64,000 bases of DNA, taken from Eimeria praecox (lineage: Eukaryota). The position numbers and the translations under genes are program-made. The number at the start of each line of letters is the position of its first letter. Within the stretch, counting starts at the first letter, position 1. Below the pieces are notes generated by a model that was given only the letters and a program-made list of their open reading frames with translations, was not told the origin of the DNA and made no database searches. The DNA is taken from NCBI GenBank assembly GCA_963920595.1, contig OY986946.1, forward strand, positions 5,146,001 through 5,210,000, in the 5' to 3' direction. Below, piece after piece: positions 53,434-64,000 of this stretch.

Positions 53434-53761
53434 GTTAGGATAAGGGGCCTCTTAGAGACACAGAAGAAATCATAGAAACAAAGAAAGACAAAGTCAAACA
53501 AGTGAAGATAAATGGAGACACAGAAAATATAAAATAAAAAATATATAAATAAGACATTATATATATAATTTATATTATTGATATTACTATATTATATTAT
53601 ATTATATTATAATATCTTATATATATAAATAATAAATATAAAATAAATCGAATATAAACAGCGAAGATACACAAAAATAATAAAAGATAAACATAAAAGA
53701 CAAAAGGTTTAATACAACACGAACACACAATATAAATAAATAAATAAATTAATTAATTAAT

Positions 53762-53801
<40 letters not shown>

Positions 53802-54368
53802 AGGCATATAACAAATCAAACAGACTACAGCAATAAATGAAGAGACAACACGAGTGTAAAACCAAAGAAAGTTTAAAACTTTATATATTTCTATCAATTT
53901 TAATAAATTTTTATTAATTTTTATCAATTTTAATAAATTTAAATAAATTTTAATAAATTTTAATAAATTTAAATAAATTTAAATAAATTTAAATAAATTT
54001 AAATAAATTTTTATATATTTATATATATTGTAAACAACAGAAATTATATAAATAGAAAGATAAATCGGTAGATAAATATATTTGTAGTGTATGTTCACCT
54101 CAAGATGTTCAATATGTACGACTTTATCTAAATTAATGCCTCTCAGATCTGTAAAACCTGGAAAGGAGACACTACCTACACCAGGTCTACTAATAACAAA
54201 ATCTTGTATATTGCTGAGGGCCCCTTCGCTCATTTGCTGCAGAGAGGAGATTGAAGGGAGACATTCATATTCTTTATTTGTTAAAATAGGCCGCAGCTCT
54301 AGAGGTGCTAGGGGGCTGCTGCTCCTCTTCTTGCTGCTGCTGCTGCTGTTGCTGCTGCTGTTGCTGCT

Positions 54369-54400
<32 letters not shown>

Positions 54401-54570
54401 TGCTGCAGGTGAGAGATGTAGGGGCGCACCCGTTCAAATTCCGTAGACACACTGCTTCAGTTGCTGCTGCTGCTGCTGCTGCTGCTGCCGCTGCTGCTGC
54501 TGCTGCTACTCTCCCAAGAATTGGTCCTCCTTCGAGTTGCTGCTCATCCTCCTGCTCTTCCTCCTCCTCG

Positions 54571-54605
<35 letters not shown>

Positions 54606-54868
54606 AGGGTGCTTCTCGGAGGGCTTTCGGCCTCCCCTGTGTGTCTGCTGCTGCTGCTGCTGCTGCTGCTGTTGTGTCTGCTCCTCCCCTGTATCTTCTT
54701 GCTGCAGCCGCTGCAGCAGCGCGTAATCCCGTGAAGACAGAGGCAGCAGCTGCTTCTGTTGCTGCTGCTGCTGCTGCGCTGCAGCAAGAGAACGGTGTAT
54801 GGTCTGTGCCAGCCAGCCATTTCGTCTGCTGCTGCTGCTGCTGTCTGTAGCTGCTGAAGTGAGGAAGA

Positions 54869-54900
<32 letters not shown>

Positions 54901-55652
54901 TGCAGCGGCAGCAGGAGGTGCTGCGGCAGGGAGAAAGACACATTCATCCCTGTTGCTTCTGCTGCTGCTGCTGCTGTCAGCGGCAGTCTTCCTGCTGCAG
55001 CAGCACCATATCTTTTCTGTCTCCTTCCTATTTGTACAGTAGAAGGAGACACACTTCTGAAGCAGCAAATATCTTCTATATAACTAATCTGCTGCAGCTC
55101 TTTACAACCTTGCTGCTGCTGTGTCCCTGCTGCAGCAGATAAAACAACTTGAACAGTTAAATGCGAGGCAGCAGCAGCAGCACTTCTAAGGGCTAGCATG
55201 CTCCCTGCAGCAGCAGGGCCTCCTGCTGCTCCACTGCCAGCAAGAGACAGCAGCAGTTGCTGCTGCTGCTGCTGCTGTTGCTGCTGCGGTGTTGTCCCTC
55301 CTCCCAATAAACCCCCTAATCCAAACAACCCCCCTGATTGTTGCTGCTGCTGCTGCTGTGTGTTGCTGCTGCTGCTGCTGCCAAAGAGGCCCCCGCTGCT
55401 GCTGCTGCTCGATCCTAAGCCTCCTCCAGACAGGGGGCCTGCTGCTGCTGCTGCTGCAGCAGGTTTGTTAAGGACTCCAAAGAGAGAAGAGGAAGCAGCA
55501 GTTATCTGGTTTGTCGTCCCTAAACCTGTTGCAGCACCACCAAATAAACTTCCTGTGTTTGCTGCAGCAGCACCTCCTGCTGCTGCTGTACCTGTGGGGC
55601 GAAGAGACCCGAATAGCCCTCCCCCGGCAGACCCCACAGTGTTGTTGCTGCT

Positions 55653-55684
<32 letters not shown>

Positions 55685-55787
55685 CAAATAAACCTAAAGA
55701 GCCCCCTGTGCCTGCAGCAGCAGCGCCTGTCCCTCCTGCTGTTAGCTTCGTACCAAACAACCCCCCCCCAAGGAGGCCTCCTCCTGT

Positions 55788-55824
<37 letters not shown>

Positions 55825-55922
55825 GTGTTGTTGCTGCTGCCAAAGAGCCCTCCCCCTGTGCCAGCAAGCCCCGTAGTAGCTGTATTTGTTGCTGCAGCAC
55901 CAAAGCCCCCAAAGAGGCCCCC

Positions 55923-55961
<39 letters not shown>

Positions 55962-56674
55962 ACCGAAGAGGCCACCTCCTGCTGCACCTGTGTTGCTGCT
56001 GCTGCCTAGGAGGCCCCCCCCCGTGCTGCTGTTTTGCTGCGAGCCAAAGAAGCTGCTGCCTCCTGCTGCTGCTGTCCCTAAACCTCCTGCTGCTGTTGCT
56101 GCTGCTGGTTTACCAAACAGCCCTCCCCCTGTATTTGCTGCAGCAAGACTGCTGCTACCGAAGAGCCCTCCTGCTGCCGGTGCTGCTGCTCCTGCTGCTG
56201 TGTTGCTGCCAAACAGTCCCCCTCCCTGCTGCTGCTGCTGCTGCTGCTGTTGTGGTGTTGCAGCACCAAACAACCCCACCCCAGCACCAAAAGCATTTGT
56301 GTTTCCTGCTGCTGCTGCTGTTGTTGCTGTATTCGATCCAAACAGACCCCCTGTATTTGCTGCTGGCTGCTGCTGCTGCTGCAGCAAGCTGTTGCTGCTG
56401 CTGCCAAAGAGGCCCCCACCCCCCAAGCCTGGTGTAGTAGTAGTCCCTGCTGCTGTCCCTCCAAAGAGGCCTCCCCCACTAGCTGCAGCAGGTGCAGCAG
56501 CAGCAGCAGCAGCAGCAGGAGCAGCAGCAGCAGCAAGCCCTTGCTGCTGCTGATAGAAACCCCACCGTATTTCTTCTAGGGATGTTTTAGCTAACGGCCC
56601 GCAGCAGATCGTCATTACTAAGCCGTCTTCACAATTATATGGACGGAACGGCTGCTGCTGCTGCTGCAGCAGCA

Positions 56675-56705
<31 letters not shown>

Positions 56706-58298
56706 AGGTGCAGCAAGAGATGAAACGCCAAAGGGAGATGTAGTTGTAGACTGCCCAACTAAAAATAAACACACAAACACACACAGACACAGACACACAC
56801 AGACACGCATGCAGCCCCACTTGCTGCAGCAGCAACAGTAGCAGCAACAAATGCAGCAGCAACAGCAGCAACAAATGCAGCAGCAGCAGCAGCAACTGCA
56901 GCAGCAGCAGCAGCAGCTGCGATAGATATAGATAGATAAGAGATAGAGTGAAGAGAGAGGAGAGGCTTCAAATAAATAAAAAGACAGAGACAGACAAAAG
57001 GAGACAGAGAAAGATAAAAGGAGACAAATAAAATAAAAGGAGACAGAGAAATAAAAGGAGACAGATGAGGTCCTACAGAGATAGCAGAAAGGAGACAGAC
57101 AAATAAATAAAGAGAAGGAGACAGAGAAGGAGACAGACAAATATAAAAGAAAGAAGAGACAGAGAAGGCTGACAGACAAATATAAAAGAAAGGAGAGACA
57201 GAGAAGGAGACAGACAAATAAATAAAGAAAAGGAGACAGAGAAGGAGACAGACAAATATAAAAGAAAGGAGAGACAGAGAAGGAGACAGACAAATATAAA
57301 ACAAAGAAACAGAAGGAGACAGAAGATAACAGGAGGAGACAGAAGAAGATAGAAGACAGAAGAAGACAGAAGAAGACAGAAGAAGACAAAGACATGAGAA
57401 AGGAGACAGAAGAAGACAGAAGGAGACAGAAGAAGACAGAAGGAGACAGGAGACAGACGAAAGGAGACAGAAGAAGACAGAAGGAGACAGAAGGAGACAG
57501 AAGCAGACAGAAGGAGATAGAAGGAGACAGACGAAGGGAGACAGAAGGAGACAGAAGAAGACAGAAGGAGACAGAAGAAGACAGGCGGAGACAGAAGGAA
57601 GTAGACGGAAGGAGACAGGGTAGACACACTCCTCCTGTCTCCTTTCTGCTGCCTCCTTCTGTCTCTAACTTACGTGCATTTGTGCTGCTAGAGACACCGA
57701 AGAGGCCCCCCCCTGTTGCAGTGTTGCTGCTGCTGCTGCCAAACAGACCACTGGTCTGCTGCTGCTGCTGCGGCTGTCCGAATAGCCCTGTAGTCCCCGT
57801 GGTGTTGCTGCTGCCAAACAGACCAGTGGCCTGCTGCTGCTGCGGCTGCTGCTGCTGCTGCTGTCCGAATACAGAAGGTGTACTACCAAAGAGGCCTCCT
57901 GCTGCTGCTGGTGCTGCTGCTGCAGCAGAGAAGAACAGACCATTGGTCTGCTGCTGCTGCGGCTGTCCGAACTTCGTGTTGCTGTTACCGAAGAGGCCCC
58001 CTGCTGCTGCTGCTGGCTGCTGCTGCTGCCCCAATGCTGTGCTGCTGCCAAAGAGACCCCCTTGCTGCTGCTGCTGCGGCTGCTGCTGCTGCTGCTGTCC
58101 GAATCCTGCTGCACCGCCGAACAGGCTGCCTCCTGTATTAGCAGCAGCAGCACCAAATAGCCCTGTTGTCTGCTGCTGCGGCTGCTGCTGCTGCTGCTGC
58201 GGCTGCTGCTGCTGTCCGAAGAGGCCCCCGCCAGTCCCCACAGAACTCCCAAACAGACTACCACCGCTAGGCTGCTGCTGTCCGAACAGACCTGAAGC

Positions 58299-58344
<46 letters not shown>

Positions 58345-58647
58345 GCAGCAACAGGTGCAGCAGTAGATGCAACAGCAACAGGAAGAGAAGAAAATACAAC
58401 AGAAACAACAAATGCAACAGCAGCACCAAATCACAAGCAGCAGCAGCAGATGCAACAGCAGCAGCAGCAGATACAGCAGCAGCAGCAGCAGATGCAACAG
58501 CAGCAGCAGCAGATGCAACAGCAGCAGATGCAACAGCAGCAGCAGCAGATGCAACAGCAGCAGCAGCAGCAGTTCACGGGGACAAATCCGCAAGCAGCAA
58601 AGTATAAAAGAGACAACAAACTAGATGACGCAGATGCTGGGCTTTGA

Positions 58648-58702
<55 letters not shown>

Positions 58703-58917
58703 CTGTATAAGGGTATCTGAAGTGTCTCCTTCAACTGGAGTGTCTCCTTTAATTGAGGTGTATCCTCACCTGTCCCTAACGATGTGCCTGATGGTTGTGG
58801 CTGTGCTGCAGCACCAAACAGACCCCCAGCAGCAGCAGCAGGCTGCTGCTGCTGCTGCGAGCCGAACAGGCTCTGGCCTGTTGTTGTGCCACCGAAGGGA
58901 GAAGTGCTGCCGAACAT
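46347..58917 (-). CDS. NUP98: Nup98-Nup96 nucleoporin precursor (GLFG repeats, GLEBS, autopeptidase, Nup96 domain)
   Basis: Exons 58917..58770, 58291..57674, 56758..54099, 53346..~51566, then several Nup96 exons to ~46350 (3' end approximate). Many GLFG/SLFG repeats; GLEBS-like TSLEEIRWGFYQ; autopeptidase PILTNKEYECLPS..DFVISRPGVGSVSF..DLRGINLDKVVHI..VSVY..PPVGEGLNKKARITL..WEWRFEVDHFSVY (HF|S at 53067..53059). Nup96-like motifs LDWRAELAAVLLF, FAEQLEASGFWPAACAVLL, LGIPRSWL. Confidence 0.93.
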
Positions 58918-58928
58918 TGTTAAAACCC

Positions 58929-58960
<32 letters not shown>

Positions 58961-59511
58961 TGCTGCGGTGGTGGTGTCTATCGTGCTGCTGCTGCTGCAG
59001 CTGTTGCTGTTGTTGCTGTTGTTGCTGTTGCTGCTGCTGTTGCTGTTGCTGTTGTAGCTTCTGCTGCTGCTGCTGCAACCGTGTTGGTGGTGGTGGTTGT
59101 GCTGTTGCTGCTGCTGAGATGTTGCTGCTGCAGCACCGGGTGTCTGCGCAGCTCCTGCAGCAGCAGCGGGGGAGCAGCGGCAGCGCGGAAGCAGCAGCAA
59201 CGAAGCTGCAAGGGCTCGTAAACACTAAACCCTAAACCCTAAACCCTAAACCCTATCATATGCATGCGGCATATGGAAGGTGAGTAAGAAGTACTCCTAA
59301 ATCTAACAAAATTAGGGTTTAGGGTTTAGGGTTTAGGGTTTAGGGTTTGGGGGTTGTCTGTGCTGCTGCTGCAGCAGCAGCGTCTCTCCCTCCAGGTAGT
59401 TTTAAAAGACAGCAATATATGTTGTTAAAGGAGACAAAGCAGAAAGATTTAGTATAAGATTGAGGTGTATATACAGCTCAGATGCTGCAGCAGCAGATCC
59501 GTATACACCCC

Positions 59512-59529
59512 GTGCATGCATGCATGCAC
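59512..59529. promoter_or_regulatory. Tandem TGCATGCA palindrome (apicomplexan motif) ~600 bp upstream of the Nup98 start
   Basis: GTGCATGCATGCATGCAC is a perfect 18-bp palindrome. TGCATGCA is a known enriched coccidian/ApiAP2-bound motif; a function here is inferred only. Confidence 0.45.
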
Positions 59530-59545
59530 TAGGGGCTCGAGGCCT

Positions 59546-59617
<72 letters not shown>

Positions 59618-60430
59618 CCACGTGTTCTTCTTTGCGGTGTTTATTATATTTTAATTATATAAATAAAATTAATTAAATTAATTAATTTGTTTAATAATTT
59701 AGAAAGAAGAAAGAGAAGAAGGTTGAGAGCTACGTTGAGGACAGCCAAGCCAGAAAGTAATAAATTTATTTTATTTTTATTTTATTTTATTTTATTTTAT
59801 TTTATTTTATTTTATTTTATTTTATTTTATTTTATTTTATTTTATTTTATTTTATTTTATTTTATTTCATTTTATTTTTGTCTTATTTTGTTTTTATTAT
59901 TTTATTATTTTGTATGATTATTATATTATTGTAGTTTTATATTATTACATTATTATATTATTATATTACTCTAATATTATTTTTTATTTTATTTTATTTT
60001 ATTATTATTATTTAACTCAACACTCTCTAATAGCTGTGTCTACTCCTTTGCCTGTCTCCCTCTCCGCTAGACTCCTCCGTCTACCTAGGGGTCTACTTAT
60101 GTAGGGGTTTCTAGGGTTTAGGGTTTAGGGTTTAGGGTTTAGGGTTTAGGGTTTAGGGTTTGAGGTCCGTACCTGCTGTGCTGCCAGTCATCAAAAACAA
60201 ATTAATAAAGATAGATAAAGACTAATAAAGAGATAGATAGATTAAGAAGAGAGAGACACATTAATAAACACAAACAAGAGATAGATAGATTAAGAAGAGA
60301 GAGACATATTAATAAACACAAACAAATAAAAAGAGACAGACAAACAGAAGAGACAGTTTGTAGTATTAAAATAATTTATCTTTAGGTTCTACCCTTCTTC
60401 AATCTGAGGAGACAGCCCACCCAGAATTTA

Positions 60431-60551
60431 TAGCTAGCTGTAGCTAGCTGTAGCTAGCTGTAGCTAGCTGTGGCTAGCTGTAGCTAGCTGTAGCTAGCTG
60501 TAGCTAGCTGTAGCTAGCTGTAGCTAGCTGGGGCTAGCTGTAGCTAGCTGG
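60431..60551 (+). repeat. 10-bp minisatellite (TAGCTAGCTG), ~12 copies
   Basis: Direct tandem array. Each unit contains the palindrome AGCTAGCT. Confidence 0.92.
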
Positions 60552-60644
60552 GGCTGCTGGGGCTGAGGGCAGGGGGTCCCTGCTTTCTCTGTCTCTTTGT
60601 CTCCTTTCTCTATCCCTGTCTCCTCTGTTGATAGTTTCTGCTGC

Positions 60645-60679
<35 letters not shown>

Positions 60680-61143
60680 AAGGGCGAGAAGCCCCTGAGC
60701 AGTTTATAGAAGCTGCAGCTAGCTGAGGATACACCCGAGCTATGGCAGCAGCTGTCTCCTCCTCTTCCAGCAGCACCTACAACTAGCTGCTGCTAGACGC
60801 GTGCTGCTGCTGCTATTGCTGCTGCTGCAGCTGCTGCCCTTGCTGCAACAGCAGCAGCAGCAGCAACAACAGCAGCAGCAGCTGCTGCTGCAACTGCCCT
60901 ACGACGGCAACAGCAACAGCAGCAACAACAGCAGCAGCAGCTGCTGCTGCAGCAACATGATAAGCTTGTAAGTACTGTGGGGGTTTTAAAAGGAGACAGC
61001 AGCATCTGTCTCTCTCTTCTTATCTTCTTGTCTCTGACGAGGAGACACTTGTTGTTTATTTCTGTCTCTCTTTTCTGTCTCTTCTCTCTAATCCTATCTC
61101 TTAACTTCTTCTCTTTCTTGCTTTCGTCTACTTACTCATCTTC

Positions 61144-61189
<46 letters not shown>

Positions 61190-62038
61190 CTTATTTCTTT
61201 ATTTATCCATATCTAAATCTACATTCATATCTGTATCTATATCTATATCTATATCTATATCTATATCTATATCTATATCTATATCTATATCTATATCTAT
61301 ATCTATATCTATATCTATATCTATATCTATATCTATATTTATATTTATATCTATATCTATCTATCTATATCTATATCTTTATCTCTATATATCTATATCT
61401 ATACATCTATATCAATATATCTATGTCTATATATCTATATATAAATATAGATATATTTATAAATACGATAAATATATATAATTAATAATTATATATATCT
61501 GTCTCCTTGTGTATTTGTTTAGATATGTATCTGTCTCCTTTTATCTAGAGGCGTAGACGCCCCTCCCTGTTTAACACTGTATTATATTATTATTATATTA
61601 TTATTTTTATATTATTATACTATTATATTATTATTACATTATTATTATTATATTATTATATTATTATTATTATTATTATTATATTATTTAAAGCAGCTAG
61701 CCTTAGTGTCTCCTTCAAAGCCCAGGCGATGAAGGAGACACACAGCGCCTGCTGCTGCTACTTCTCTTGCTGCTGCTGCTGTTGCTGCTGTTGCTGCTGC
61801 TGTTGCTGCTGTTGCTGCTGCTGCTGTTGCTTCTTATAAACAATAAATATGCATGTGTCTTGCTGCATGCGCGGGATGTCTGCAGCCTCTGAGGTGTCTG
61901 TACACCCGAAAACAAAGGAGGAGACAGAAGCCCTCAGCAGCAGCAGTTAAGGAGAAGAGACAGCAACAGCATGCAGCAACGTAAATAGAGACAGATTTAG
62001 AAAAAACACAAACTAACAGCCACAAGGGAGACACACAA

Positions 62039-62073
<35 letters not shown>

Positions 62074-62284
62074 AGCTGCTGCTGCTGCTGCTGCTGCTGC
62101 TGCAGCTGCTGCTGCGGCTGCTGCAGGTACTGCAGCAGCAAACTGTCTGCTGTTCCTTCTCTGTTCTGCCGCTGTGTGTATCCCCCCGCTGCTGCAGCAG
62201 CTAGCAGCAGCTGCTGCTGCAGCAACTGCATGCACCCAACACACTGCAATACTTGCAGCAGCTGCTGCAAGTACTGCAGCAGCA

Positions 62285-62361
<77 letters not shown>

Positions 62362-62399
62362 AGCTGCTGCTGCTGCTGCTGCTGCTGGGTGTCTTCACG

Positions 62400-62659
62400 C
62401 TAATTAACCCTATCAGGCGGCACACTCTCATTGCACTTGGCCTCGCAAGCTGCTGCTGCTGCTGCTGCTGCTGCTGTCTCCGCACTGGCCTGCTGCTGCT
62501 TCTTCGAGGCAGCGCCCACATCTGTTTCATGAGGCGCAGCAGCAGCTGCTGCTGCTGTCGTTGCTGTTGCTGCTGCTGCTGCTGCGGTGTCTTCTGCTGC
62601 ATGCGCTGCGGCTTGAGCTTCGGGTTGCTGAGCAGCAGCAGCATCCCCCATAGAACCCC

Positions 62660-62690
<31 letters not shown>

Positions 62691-63026
62691 ATGAGGCTCT
62701 TGGCTTTGTATCACCCCTTGCTGCTGCTGCTGCTGCTGCTGTCGAAGAGACTGAACGGCAGCTGTCTTCTCTATCCCTAACAACTCTGCTGCATGCCGAG
62801 AAGCTGCTGCTAGACCAGCAGCAGCAGCTGACGCTTCTCGCTGCTGCTGGGATGGGCCTGCATGTGCTGCTGCTGCTGTTGCTGCTGCTGTTGCTGCTGC
62901 TGTTGCTGCTGTTGCTTCGCTTGTTGTGTCCTCAGCAGCAGCAGCTGGTGCTGCAGCAACAGCACTTACAGCAGCAGCTGGCAGTGCTGCTGCCTTTGGT
63001 GCAGTCCCTGAAGCAGGTGTCTCAGA

Positions 63027-63062
<36 letters not shown>

Positions 63063-63421
63063 CGGTGGCAGCGCCATAGACAGAGCAGCAGCAGCTGCTG
63101 CTGCTGAAGCAGCAGTTGTGAGAAGGGGAGACCCCTGGGGAGGAGGGAGGAGTGTTGAGCCCGGGGAGCACAGCAGGCCCCCCACTGTTGCTGCTGCTGC
63201 TGCTGCTGCTGGACCTGCTGCTGCTGCTGCTGGACCTGCTGCTGCTGCTGCTGCTGCTGGCAGCAGCTGCGATACGGCTGCTGCTGCTGCAGCAGGACGG
63301 AGGATACTCCCTGCGGGCGAATGTGCTGCTGAGAGAGTGCCGAGCTGCTGCTGGAGCGCTGCAGCAGCAGCTGCTGCTGCAGCAGGATGCCGCTGCAGCT
63401 GCTGCAGCGCTGTGCTGCTGC

Positions 63422-63457
<36 letters not shown>

Positions 63458-63723
63458 CCTCCCCACTAAGAGCTGCCAGACGTGCAGCAATCTGTACACC
63501 GTCCTGCTGCTGCTGGATCTGCTGTAGCTGCTGCTGGAGTTGCTGCTGCCGCTGCTGCAGCACTTGCTGCTGCATCAGCTGCTGCTGCAGCAGCCGCTGC
63601 TGCAGCAGCTGCGGGGGGAATTGTGTCGCCCCCCCCAAACGCCCGTGCAGCTGCTGCTGCTGCAGCTTGTTCTGTAGCTGCTGCAGCTGCTGCAGGTGCT
63701 GTAAGTGTTGTAGCTGTTGTGTT

Positions 63724-63756
<33 letters not shown>

Positions 63757-64000
63757 GTTTGTTGTTCCTGTGGCTGCTGCTGCTGAGTTTGCTGCTGCGC
63801 CTGAATCTGTTGCTGCTGTTGCTGCTGCTGCTGTTGCTGCTGTTGCTGCTGTTGGTGTTGCTGGAGTTGTTGTTGTTGCTGCTGCTGCTGCAACTGCTGC
63901 AGCTGCAGCTGCTGCTGCTGCTGCACCTTCACCTGCAAGTGATGCAGCTGAAACTGCTGCAGCAGGTGCTGCTGCCTCGCCTGCAGCAGCTGCTGGACGG
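62400..64000 (-). CDS. Partial low-complexity Q/A-rich hypothetical protein, entering from beyond the window end
   Basis: Frame is open from the window end to the stop at 62400 (>530 codons). Repeats read as Q/A/S, the usual coding usage in this window, with unique segments (LHGRLGGATQFPPQ, LCSPGSTLLPPPQGSPLL). No domain recognised. Confidence 0.6.

Noticed and set aside
56759..57673. Apparent multi-pass hydrophobic segment within the 1420-aa Nup98 ORF
   Set aside because: It is a GT-AG intron (57673..56759) filled with CT-rich repeats that happens to stay open.

Overview
This is eukaryotic, intron-rich DNA with the signature of a coccidian apicomplexan, very likely an Eimeria repeat-rich segment. 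The signature is dense CAG/CTG tracts in exons and introns, interstitial TTTAGGG/CCCTAAA telomere-like arrays, TGCATGCA motifs, AT microsatellites and many GGAGACAG/CTGTCTCC minisatellites. Most supplied ORFs are repeat shadows. Manual splicing gives seven recognisable genes: (1) an atypical Ser/Thr kinase (VQD/DPG motifs; minus strand, runs off the left end); (2) a Derlin with a long leader, possibly apicoplast Der1; (3) an SH3BGR/glutaredoxin-like protein with a C-terminal CxxC..CxxC; (4) a polyprenyl diphosphate synthase; (5) a 7-exon Lys/Ser-rich conserved hypothetical protein; (6) a GPI-anchored sushi-domain RON1/ASP-like protein; (7) the Nup98-Nup96 autoproteolytic precursor. A partial Q/A-rich ORF runs off the right end. 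I found no clearly new biological system. The most interesting oddities are an exact 26-bp tandem duplication that breaks the RON1-like frame but is itself a GT..AG segment, telomere repeats that supply splice sites or bracket exons in inverted orientation, and one 8-mer motif that seeds many minisatellites and shapes protein sequence. All family calls come from motif recognition by eye, not database searches.
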